The notes below the pieces were generated by a model that was not told where the DNA came from, ran no database searches, and worked only from the letters and a program-made list of their open reading frames with translations. Source: a virus (lineage: Duplodnaviria; Caudoviricetes). Taken from it: a DNA stretch of 49,099 nt. The position numbers and the translations under genes are program-made. This document shows positions 39,018-46,785 of this stretch, in pieces (the stretch's first letter is position 1; every line of letters starts with the position of its first letter). Location of the stretch: positions 1 through 49,099 of IMG/VR virus record IMGVR_UViG_3300032318_001710, one strand, 5' to 3'.

Positions 39018-40439
39018 TTAACCTGTAATTACTACTCTATATGCTCCTGCTGTTGGTGCGACTGCAAATGTCAGCGTTACCACGGTTGTTGATGTGTGAT
39101 CAACATCTACTTCAACTTCTCCATATGGTGAAGAGTTTGAATAAACCGCAACAGATACGTCTCTTGTTCCAAGATTGTGTGTTGCTGTAAATGTGTATGG
39201 TGCCTCAGCAGTTGTTGTAATATCTGAAGCAAACTTGCGAACAATTGCATGGTAGTTTGTACCATTATTTGTGAGTGTCCAGTTATCATTTGTTTCATTC
39301 CACAGAATTTCAACATCTGCACCATCTCCACGCTCTACACGGATACCAGCATCTACTGTTGGAGTTCCTGTAAAGTCTGTATTAAGGTTAATCTTGTTAT
39401 CAACAATATTTACCTGAGTGGTGTTTACTGAGTTAATTGTTCCAGTTACGTTTAAGTTACCGCCAACTGTAAGGTTATTAGTAATTGTTACGTCATTTGG
39501 AAGACCAATTGTTACCGCTGAGTTTTCTGAGCCAGAACCTGAAACCTCAACTTCGTTTGCTGTTCCAGCAATAGTTGCAATATAGTTTCCAGTTGTCTGT
39601 GTGGCAAGGTTAACATTTTTAATTGTTACTGCGCCAGTTGTTACTGTAAAGTCTGCATCTGCGAAAGAAGCAACACCCTTATTGGTTGTAGTTGCGTCTT
39701 CTCCAGCTACTGTTATTGATGTTCCAGCGTGAGTTACATCAATTCCTTCTCCGCCAAGAATTGATAGGCCGTGTCCTGATGGAGTCAATGCTCCAGAGTC
39801 AGTTGTTACTGTTTTAACAACAGTATCTTCTAGCTCTACATGTCCTGCTGTTGTATTAAAGTCATCTGTATTAAAAGATGCAATACCTTTGTTAGTGGTA
39901 GAAGCGTCTTCTCCAGTAATAGTAATTGTATTATTTGTTACAGTGGTGTCGATACCTTCGCCTGCGGCAAATGTTAAAGTATCTGTAAGAAGGCTTACTG
40001 TATCTGCTGTTCCAGATTCTGCAGCAATTGAAAGAGTTGTTGCTACTGTTGCAGTTCCTGCGGCAGTCAAACGTCCTTGAGCATCTACTGTAAATGTAGG
40101 AATTGCCGTTGAGGAACCATAAGATCCTGCTGTTACTGCTGTGTTATCTAAATCTATTGTTGTTATGCCTGTGTTATCAACGTATGTTCTTGTTAATCCA
40201 ACTCCGCCTTCAACAGATGATCCAATTACATCTTGAATAACCTCTGTCGAACCAGACATCGGCATCCATGGGCCGTCGGGTGAAGATAATCCATTGTAGT
40301 AGTACATCTTGTAATCAGATGTATCGTAGTAAATCTGTCCAGTAACTGGACTTGATGGGGCAGAACCTAAGTTCTGAATTCTAGCATTTAAGAGCTCATT
40401 CTTGTTGAGATCAACGCTAACTAAAAATTTTCTTGCCAT
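39018..40439 (-). CDS. Fibre protein
   Basis: Thr/Gly-rich; GEGID.T.....IT..GEDA.TTNKG.ASF duplicate; C-terminal THNLGT domain. Confidence 0.7.
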   Translation of the reverse strand: MARKFLVSVDLNKNELLNARIQNLGSAPSSPVTGQIYYDTSDYKMYYYNGLSSPDGPWMPMSGSTEVIQDVIGSSVEGGVGLTRTYVDNTGITTIDLDNTAVTAGSYGSSTAIPTFTVDAQGRLTAAGTATVATTLSIAAESGTADTVSLLTDTLTFAAGEGIDTTVTNNTITITGEDASTTNKGIASFNTDDFNTTAGHVELEDTVVKTVTTDSGALTPSGHGLSILGGEGIDVTHAGTSITVAGEDATTTNKGVASFADADFTVTTGAVTIKNVNLATQTTGNYIATIAGTANEVEVSGSGSENSAVTIGLPNDVTITNNLTVGGNLNVTGTINSVNTTQVNIVDNKINLNTDFTGTPTVDAGIRVERGDGADVEILWNETNDNWTLTNNGTNYHAIVRKFASDITTTAEAPYTFTATHNLGTRDVSVAVYSNSSPYGEVEVDVDHTSTTVVTLTFAVAPTAGAYRVVITG

Positions 40440-40451
40440 TTGCTAACTCCC

Positions 40452-40910
40452 TTAAGACAGGTACGCTGTCCCTGAGAATGGTTGAGCCATTGTCAGTGTA
40501 ATTGTGTTGTTACTATTATAATCTATTCCTGTTTCTAAAACATCTCCTGCGCTTGATTTGACTGTAACGTTTGGCTTCATTCCTAGATTGTGATTAATTA
40601 CTATAGAATATACTCCATTTACTGGGCCTGTAACCTGAACTAGCTCCCATGTGTACTCTAAAGTCATATTTAGAAGGTAGCTGGTTGCTCCAGCCCATGT
40701 TAGGTCAGTTGGCTTAGGTCCATAAAATTTTGTAGTTTGTTTATCGTAGTAGAAGTCTCCTTCTAGCCCATTATTTTCTGCAGGGACTCCATTGCCATTT
40801 AATATTGTTTTACCTCTAGGGCCTTGTGGTCCAGGAGATGCGACCAAAACATCATTTACTGTTTCAGTAATTACAAGTTTTGGAATGTTGTCATTGTTTA
40901 TAATTGACAT
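40452..40910 (-). CDS. Short collagen-motif virion protein
   Basis: PGPQGPRG; GDFYYD; C-terminal INHNLG domain similar to that of the neighbouring gene. Confidence 0.6.
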   Translation of the reverse strand: MSIINNDNIPKLVITETVNDVLVASPGPQGPRGKTILNGNGVPAENNGLEGDFYYDKQTTKFYGPKPTDLTWAGATSYLLNMTLEYTWELVQVTGPVNGVYSIVINHNLGMKPNVTVKSSAGDVLETGIDYNSNNTITLTMAQPFSGTAYLS

Positions 40911-41257
40911 TAGATGGTCACCGATCTACTTAATGTAATAAAACCTTCAAGCAATTTTACTTTGTTTGAATTTGAATCTATTACCATTACATCATATGAA
41001 GATTTTGGATAGAATAGTTTGCTAGTTTGTGTAGGGGTCATCTTAATGGTTAGTTTACCAAGTGCTGCGTCAATAGTAATGCCTGAGCTTGGTGAAGTAA
41101 GGGTAAAAGCTAATTTGCTTCCGCCTTTTGTATCACGCACCTGCATTTTTGCGGTTGCACCAGTAAGTGATATAGGGACACCTGCTGGGTCCTTATATTC
41201 TAAGATAAATGAGAAAGTAGTATTTTGATCTACTTCCCAGTTTTTTTGTCCTGCCAT
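40910..41257 (-). CDS. Beta-sandwich fibre-attachment/collar protein (BppU-N / T5 LtfC-like)
   Basis: DQ..TF......LTG.TA.MQVR...YDV.......LLEG pattern; heads the fibre block; start MAGQK with SD AGGAG. Confidence 0.55.
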   Translation of the reverse strand: MAGQKNWEVDQNTTFSFILEYKDPAGVPISLTGATAKMQVRDTKGGSKLAFTLTSPSSGITIDAALGKLTIKMTPTQTSKLFYPKSSYDVMVIDSNSNKVKLLEGFITLSRSVTI

Positions 41258-41277
41258 TTGCAAACTCTCCTAATAGG

Positions 41278-41307
41278 AAAACTCCTATGCCAATTTTAGC
41301 ATAGGAG
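41278..41307 (-). terminator. Terminator hairpin after the holin gene, with an embedded extended -10
   Basis: CTCCTATGC-8nt-GCATAGGAG then TTTT on the minus strand; TGCTAAAAT at 41293-41301. Confidence 0.6.
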
Positions 41308-41330
41308 CTATCCTAATCTGTTACTACTTT

Positions 41331-41558
41331 TTACTTCTTTGTAAACCCAAATGAGCTTTCGTTTGGATTAAGTGCCTTCAAAATAACTGGTAGACAAGCT
41401 GCGATACCACCCTTAATTAAATCTCCTGGGTCAGTATTTCCAGTCATGTAAAGAGCAATGGCGGCACCTAAAAAGTGACGACCATAGCTTGCTAACGCTG
41501 CTAGAATTTTTTCTTGCATTGTTACCTTTCCATCATTGTTAAGATCTTGCTTTGGCAT
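41331..41558 (-). CDS. Holin-like small membrane protein
   Basis: 75 aa, two hydrophobic segments, ..ALNP...FG and a basic C-terminus; SD AAGGAGG. Confidence 0.6.
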   Translation of the reverse strand: MPKQDLNNDGKVTMQEKILAALASYGRHFLGAAIALYMTGNTDPGDLIKGGIAACLPVILKALNPNESSFGFTKK

Positions 41559-41628
41559 AAGATCCTCCTTATTTCTGGGCCCTGTGCCCAGGAATTTTGG
41601 GTTTTACCCCAATTACATTATATACCTA

Positions 41629-43563
41629 TTAGGCGGAAATGTCTACAATCTCACAATTTCCGTCAGACGTACAGGCTAGAGTCTGTGTTCCGCTTGTTCC
41701 GTCCTCTGTCTCATAGAAAGACAAATCTTCCCAACGAATTTCTTTGGGCATCTTGGCAACCAAAGATTCGTAATCTTCTTTTGTTACTTCTTGGTAAGGA
41801 GCTTGCTTGTATGAGTGATCTGAGTGAGGCAGGAACGAGATACCAGAAACTTCATCAAAGTTCTTATATACCCAGGCTCCTACTTCCATCCATTCATCCT
41901 CTTTAACTGAAACTGTAATTGATGGCTTATGTTCACACCAAGCACGTTGGTAAACTAGCCAAATATTTAAATGCTCGATAGCTGTTAGGTCATTTCTAAC
42001 AATTGCACCCTCTGGTGCTTTTACTGGAAATGAAAATACGTAAGTCTCGTTTGGCTTCATTACGTCATCCTCTACTGGAATTCCGACTTCCTTCAAAAAA
42101 GTAGAAATTGGATCTCCCTTAGAGCCACGAACTGTGCGAATATAATATGGAGAATGCCATGCATGCATTCCTGAAGACACCCCGACCAATTGAGATACTG
42201 TTCCTGATGGCTTTACACATGTAATAGCGGCAGACTCTGGAATCCCAATTTTCCCAGCCTCATCTTTATTCTTTGCTCTTGCTGATTCTCTAAGGGTCAT
42301 TAAAAATGCTTCTAGCGAAACTAGGTCTTCTTTGCCTGACATGAACTTATGTCCAAATTGTCCAGTAAGAGATACTCCTAGTAGACGTTCTTCTTCTGTA
42401 TTGTCTTTCCAAATTTTGCGGAGATATTTAAAGTCTGTAAGCGTTGACTGCCATGTCCCAAGAATAGTAGCAAGCTCAACTTTACGTTCGATATCTTTCT
42501 TTGTATCGTTTTCACGTAGTACGACTTCTGAAAGGTTACAAAACTGATAAGGACGTAGGATAATCTCTGAGCAAGGGTTAGTTCCATAGTGTATATCTGG
42601 ATCTCTTCTTCCATATTTGGCTGCTTGGGCTTGAGCTGCGGCCACATTGTATATACCTCGTTCTCCTGACTTTGAGTCATATAGAGATTTCCATTCTGCA
42701 ATAAACTGCTCCATCTCTGGTTTGCGTGAATACGCAACAGAGTTATTAGATAGTGAACGCTGGGTATTATTCTCCCACCAGTTGCCAGATTTTGCTGCGG
42801 CCATTTCAATATCATTAATATTAGAAAGAGAAATCATAGCTGAGCGACGAACTCCTCCAACTACAACAACTTCACCAATCTTACACATAATGTCATGTGC
42901 TTCAATAGGCTTTAGATTGCGTCCTGCTGCTGATTTAAATTTTGCAACAGTAAAATCAAATAGGTTAACTAATGGTTGTGGGCCAGATGATCTACCGCCC
43001 ATTGTTTTAAGTCTTGCTCCTGCGGGACGTACCTTAGATACATCAATTGCTGGAATTTGTCCTGACCAAAGTAACGCAAGAAGTTCACGGTATGCTTTTG
43101 CCCAACCTTGTTTAGAATCTTCAACCACAATAACTGTTGTTGATTTTTCAAATGTTTCTGGAACGGCAGGAAGCTTATTAACATACTTATACTCAACAGA
43201 GAATCCTACACCTGTACCACACATAAGAATATACATGGTCTCATCAAATGATCTTGGGCTATCTACTGGAACGAATGAACAATTATATCCAGCAACATGA
43301 TCACGATCTAGTGCAGCACCTGCTGTCATGACTGATCGCATTGATGGCATAACATTTCTGTTAAAGACTGCTAACTTAAGCTCTTCTACTAACTTTGATT
43401 CTGGTTCATATGCGTGTTCTTTAAAAAGATGGTTTAGCATAAAGTCAAAATATCTATCTACTGTCTCTCCCCATGTCTCACGACGGTTTTCTTCTGACAG
43501 CCATCTTGCATAACGAGACAATGCAATAAAATTTTCGTATGGATTTTCAATAGTTCTTGACAT
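41629..43563 (-). CDS. nrdJ: Class II (adenosylcobalamin-dependent) ribonucleotide reductase
   Basis: YNCSF, GGVRRSA, TNPCSEI, CNLSEV, CVKPSGTVS and C-terminal C-x5-C; no beta subunit gene nearby. Confidence 0.9.
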   Translation of the reverse strand: MSRTIENPYENFIALSRYARWLSEENRRETWGETVDRYFDFMLNHLFKEHAYEPESKLVEELKLAVFNRNVMPSMRSVMTAGAALDRDHVAGYNCSFVPVDSPRSFDETMYILMCGTGVGFSVEYKYVNKLPAVPETFEKSTTVIVVEDSKQGWAKAYRELLALLWSGQIPAIDVSKVRPAGARLKTMGGRSSGPQPLVNLFDFTVAKFKSAAGRNLKPIEAHDIMCKIGEVVVVGGVRRSAMISLSNINDIEMAAAKSGNWWENNTQRSLSNNSVAYSRKPEMEQFIAEWKSLYDSKSGERGIYNVAAAQAQAAKYGRRDPDIHYGTNPCSEIILRPYQFCNLSEVVLRENDTKKDIERKVELATILGTWQSTLTDFKYLRKIWKDNTEEERLLGVSLTGQFGHKFMSGKEDLVSLEAFLMTLRESARAKNKDEAGKIGIPESAAITCVKPSGTVSQLVGVSSGMHAWHSPYYIRTVRGSKGDPISTFLKEVGIPVEDDVMKPNETYVFSFPVKAPEGAIVRNDLTAIEHLNIWLVYQRAWCEHKPSITVSVKEDEWMEVGAWVYKNFDEVSGISFLPHSDHSYKQAPYQEVTKEDYESLVAKMPKEIRWEDLSFYETEDGTSGTQTLACTSDGNCEIVDISA

Positions 43564-43654
43564 TTTTAAATAACACCTTTTCTCCGCCTTGCGGTTTATG
43601 ACTTTTTAGTTGAAGTCTAATTCTACCAAAGTTTAATTCAAAGGGGAAGGGGTA

Positions 43655-44641
43655 TTAGAATTTTTCTGTTAAATGACTAAAGGCATTCTTGGTCAACTTA
43701 ATCCAATTATATTCTTCATGTATCTTAGTTGACTGAGCAAAGTAATAATCAGAATATACTTTAAAATTACTAGCAGCATCTGACATAACCTTTACTAAAT
43801 GTTGATACTCTGGTTCAAATACTTGTCCTTCATGTGCATATTCCCAAGGAGAGTCTATTAGATTTGATTTTAACTTTAAAGGACCGATGTAATCTTTATA
43901 TTGGGCCCAATCATAAGTAGATATTGTTGGCATACCGCTTGCAAGTCCTTGAAGCGGAATAAATCCAAAGCCTTCCCCGTAACTTGGGTATACAAGAATG
44001 TCATGGTCATGGTAAAGCTTTACTAGAGACTTATCGTCTAACTCATCTGTTATCAATTTGATATTGCTATATAAATCGCCAGGAACCCCAATAATGTTTT
44101 TATCTACTCTGTTGTCATAGATGCGAGTAGTATTACTCTTGTGTGCTTTTATAGTTAAAGAGTACTTAGGGTTATTGCCATAAAGTTCTACAAATGCATC
44201 TACTACCATTTGTCCCGCTTTTCTTGGAGCAGGTTCTCCAACATGCAAAAACTTTATAGTGTCAGATTCTAATCTTCGTTTTGGTGTCCATATATCCTCA
44301 ATGCCATGTGAATACACTTTAACATTTTTATATCCATTATCTGTAAATACATTTGCACACCAATCTGACGTAGCCCATATCTCATCACAAAGATTTAGCT
44401 TTTCTCTCCAGCGCTCTGGTATAACTGTTGACTCCCATGGAGTATATGCAATTTGATATTGACCTCTGTGTAATTTGTAATTACTAGGTTGTGTAAAGTT
44501 TAATTGAACATCAGCTTTTGGATCACTCCAGTTTACTGTGTGTCCTAAAAGTTGTAATGAATTAACTATATGTTGCGCTGCGTATCCATACCCTGTTGCA
44601 GGGTTTAGTCCTAATCTAGGCATTCCAAGCGATATATTCAT
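43655..44641 (-). CDS. Glycosyltransferase family 4 (GT-B)
   Basis: TPWEST, RKAG, YPSYGEGFGFIPLQGLASGMP motif; likely start MNISL at 44641. Confidence 0.88.
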   Translation of the reverse strand: MNISLGMPRLGLNPATGYGYAAQHIVNSLQLLGHTVNWSDPKADVQLNFTQPSNYKLHRGQYQIAYTPWESTVIPERWREKLNLCDEIWATSDWCANVFTDNGYKNVKVYSHGIEDIWTPKRRLESDTIKFLHVGEPAPRKAGQMVVDAFVELYGNNPKYSLTIKAHKSNTTRIYDNRVDKNIIGVPGDLYSNIKLITDELDDKSLVKLYHDHDILVYPSYGEGFGFIPLQGLASGMPTISTYDWAQYKDYIGPLKLKSNLIDSPWEYAHEGQVFEPEYQHLVKVMSDAASNFKVYSDYYFAQSTKIHEEYNWIKLTKNAFSHLTEKF

Positions 44642-44662
44642 ATTTATTTTCTGGTCAACTAG

Positions 44663-44693
44663 CTTGACACCCGCTGTCAAGTAATGCTACTAT
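44663..44693 (+). promoter_or_regulatory. Sigma70/SigA promoter overlapped by an inverted repeat
   Basis: TTGACA (44664-69), 18 nt, TACTAT (44688-93) with TG extension; palindrome CTTGACA-N5-TGTCAAG. Confidence 0.7.
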
Positions 44694-44720
44694 TATAGTT
44701 CGTTATCTCTAAAGGAGGAA

Positions 44721-45287
44721 ATGCCAATGGAGAAAATCAAAGAGCGTTTGAGCGATGTTGCTCATAACTGGTCTTACATAGTAATGATAACATTATTTTT
44801 GTTTACAGTCCAGCCTGGTCCAACATCAAGTCAAGCGTTAACCACATTACCTGTAAAGGTAATAAAAACCGAAAAACAACTAAAAAGAGAAATACTAGAT
44901 AAGTTCAGTAATGACACTTATAAGCACTCAGAAATGCTTGCAGCCTCAGATTTAAAAGATTTATTATGGGCTGTAGGATTTGAAGGAGTCGCTTTAAAAA
45001 CAGCTTGGGCTGTTGCTCGTGTAGAGTCTAACGGGAGACCGCTAGCTTTAAATGACAACCACAAGACTGGAGATAAATCTTACGGGATTTTTCAGATCAA
45101 CATGTTGGGAAACCTAGGTGATGATCGTAAAGAGAAATTCGAATTAGTTTCAAATAAGGAATTATTTGATCCAGTAACAAACGCAGAGATAACGTACTAT
45201 ATGACCAAAGGCGGCAAAGATTGGTCATCTTGGCCAAACTCGATAGGTAAGGCCAGGGATCTCATATCAGAGTTTCCAAAAAATTAA
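44721..45287 (+). CDS. Membrane-anchored lysozyme-like lytic transglycosylase (SLT)
   Basis: N-terminal hydrophobic segment; catalytic VES, YGIFQIN, LFDP..NA, W..W motifs; SD AGGAGG. Confidence 0.85.
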   Translation: MPMEKIKERLSDVAHNWSYIVMITLFLFTVQPGPTSSQALTTLPVKVIKTEKQLKREILDKFSNDTYKHSEMLAASDLKDLLWAVGFEGVALKTAWAVARVESNGRPLALNDNHKTGDKSYGIFQINMLGNLGDDRKEKFELVSNKELFDPVTNAEITYYMTKGGKDWSSWPNSIGKARDLISEFPKN

Positions 45288-45299
45288 GGAGGGGTTAGA

Positions 45300-45509
45300 T
45301 TGCAAAAGATACAGATAGTATCTAAATACCTAACCCTCGCAGAGGAAGGCCTTGTTCCTAGGATTGATTGTCCGATGGATCAGGGCCTTCTGATGCCTAA
45401 CCTGTCAGAAGAAGATGAGATATACTTATATTGCCTTTCATGTGATTTTAAGAAAACTATTGGGACGGAATATTATGCAAAACTTAAAGAGTGCGTCGAT
45501 AGAAACTGA
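45300..45509 (+). CDS. Small zinc-ribbon-like protein
   Basis: CPMD...CLSC; SD AAGGAGG. Confidence 0.7.
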   Translation: MQKIQIVSKYLTLAEEGLVPRIDCPMDQGLLMPNLSEEDEIYLYCLSCDFKKTIGTEYYAKLKECVDRN

Positions 45510-45591
45510 CGGCGGCCAGATAGTAGAAACTGACTCTATGGGTAGAGAAAAGTTCTGGGAAGACTTGGGGCGTCCAGATGACGGAAAATGA
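45475..45591 (+). CDS. Possible 38-aa micro-ORF (MQNLKSASIETDGGQIVETDSMGREKFWEDLGRPDDGK)
   Basis: Fills the gap between two genes and overlaps both; not in ORF track. Confidence 0.45.
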   Translation: MQNLKSASIETDGGQIVETDSMGREKFWEDLGRPDDGK

Positions 45592-45793
45592 AAAACCACA
45601 AAATTTAGAAGATAACCTACCTATGGTTAATTACATTATGCTACACAGAATATATGACCTGCTTACCCTAATTGCAAACAAATTGGTGGGGCCAGAAGAT
45701 GTATCCAAGATGGTTGAATATCATAACCAAGGGTACCTACTAGGGCCTACACCCTCATTTACACCTAGCGAACAGGGAGAAGACAATGCATAG
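45578..45793 (+). CDS. Hypothetical protein
   Basis: 71-aa ORF in a tight operon. Confidence 0.7.
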   Translation: MTENEKPQNLEDNLPMVNYIMLHRIYDLLTLIANKLVGPEDVSKMVEYHNQGYLLGPTPSFTPSEQGEDNA

Positions 45794-45986
45794 TGCTCAT
45801 AGCATCAATGTAGTAGAGTCTTATTTAAACAAATGCCTGAATGTAGAGAACGGCAGATGTAGCCTAACCTGGAAGCATGAAGAATGCAGGATACTCATGG
45901 AGATCCTTTATGAAATGACAGAGGACAATAAGTACAAAGAAAAAGAATGGCTATTTGACCCAAATCAAAAACTTCTCTGGGACTAG
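45786..45986 (+). CDS. Hypothetical protein
   Basis: 66-aa ORF, SD GGGAG, overlaps the previous stop. Confidence 0.65.
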   Translation: MHSAHSINVVESYLNKCLNVENGRCSLTWKHEECRILMEILYEMTEDNKYKEKEWLFDPNQKLLWD

Positions 45987-45990
45987 ATGC

Positions 45991-46019
45991 TTGACATAGA
46001 ATTTAAGTTATTTTATACT
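45991..46019 (+). promoter_or_regulatory. Near-consensus sigma70 promoter
   Basis: TTGACA (45991-96), 17 nt, TATACT (46014-19). Confidence 0.85.
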
Positions 46020-46025
46020 TCATAT

Positions 46026-46123
46026 GTACTGGTTGTAGCATCCCACAAGATTAAGCTCCCAGTATAACGTGTAGCAATACACTAGGAAAGCCCAATCGGA
46101 TCCGCCTCTGATTGGGATTTTTT
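46026..46123 (+). ncRNA. Stand-alone structured small RNA with preQ1-I-like architecture
   Basis: Bounded by promoter and terminator, no start codon inside; stem GTACTGG/CCAGTAT; GTGTA-GCAA-TACAC GNRA hairpin. Confidence 0.7.
46088..46123. terminator. Bidirectional intrinsic terminator
   Basis: CCCAATCGGA-6nt-TCTGATTGGG, T-run on +, TTT on -; lies between the convergent ncRNA and tRNA units. Confidence 0.8.
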
Positions 46124-46141
46124 CTTTTATTACAATAATTG

Positions 46142-46214
46142 TGCCTTGGGCAGGAATCGAACCTGCGACCTTCACCTTAGAAGGGTGCTACTCTATCCGC
46201 TGAGTTACAAAGGC
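46142..46214 (-). tRNA. tRNA-Arg(TCT)
   Basis: Cloverleaf GCCTTTG...CTTCTAA...GGTTCGATTCC...CAAGGCA; one acceptor mismatch; no encoded CCA. Confidence 0.88.
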
Positions 46215-46511
46215 TTGATTTCTTTTATAATTTCCACGTTCTTGCGTTCTAATCCTATGGCAGTTTGCACAAACAACTTCGCATTTAGATATTTCTTTTA
46301 ATATGGTTTCCCATGATCTAGTGCTTCCAGACACAGCTCTTGAAACATTAAAACTTTTATCTACCAAGTGATCAAACTCCAAAACTCTTGGGTCAGTAGT
46401 ACTACAGTCTTTGCATGAGCTAGATTTTAAAAAGGTCCATAAGTTTTCTGCATTCTTATCTCTATGTAGCTTTTGTCTTGCGTATTGTTTTTCTTTATCT
46501 CTGTATGGCAT
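46188..46511 (-). CDS. HNH endonuclease
   Basis: CKDC...LEFDH...KCEVVCANCHRIRT; 3' end overlaps tRNA-Arg. Confidence 0.85.
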   Translation of the reverse strand: MPYRDKEKQYARQKLHRDKNAENLWTFLKSSSCKDCSTTDPRVLEFDHLVDKSFNVSRAVSGSTRSWETILKEISKCEVVCANCHRIRTQERGNYKRNQAFVTQRIE

Positions 46512-46563
46512 AAGGATATCATATCATGATCTACCACTATTGTATACCTGCATTTAACTCTAG

Positions 46564-46634
46564 AGCGATTAGCGGGAATCGGACCCGCACATTAACCTTG
46601 GCAAGGTTACGCACTACCACTATGCAATAATCGC
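46564..46634 (-). tRNA. tRNA-Gly(GCC)
   Basis: GCGATTA/TAATCGC acceptor; TAACC-TTGCCAA-GGTTA anticodon arm; T-loop TCCGATT. Confidence 0.9.
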
Positions 46635-46638
46635 ATCG

Positions 46639-46711
46639 CTGATCTGGCAGGTCTCGATCCTGCGAACTTTCGATTAACAGTCGAATGCTGTACCAACTCA
46701 GCTACAGATCA
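46639..46711 (-). tRNA. tRNA-Asn(GTT)
   Basis: TGATCTG/CAGATCA acceptor; TTCGA-CTGTTAA-TCGAA anticodon arm; T-loop ATCGAGA. Confidence 0.88.
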
Positions 46712-46785
46712 ATATATTCTATTATACTAAATAAAGTGCGATATGAAAAGTGAGTCCGAAAAAAGTGCGGCGGAAATAGAAGACC

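Noticed and set aside
41629-43563. Intron or intein in nrdJ
   Set aside because: Continuous 644-aa ORF of ordinary size with no splicing motifs
43564-43654. Cobalamin riboswitch upstream of nrdJ
   Set aside because: The gap is only ~90 nt and includes a promoter; no recognisable B12 box
1931-44456. Numerous plus-strand and alternate-frame ORFs in the track (e.g. 14208..14786, 36833..37417, 42647..43300)
   Set aside because: Shadows of well-supported minus-strand genes, with no initiation signals or motifs noticed
46086-46141. HDV-like (theta) ribozyme at the tRNA-Arg 3' end
   Set aside because: The trailer is an A/T-rich spacer followed by a simple terminator hairpin; no nested double pseudoknot evident
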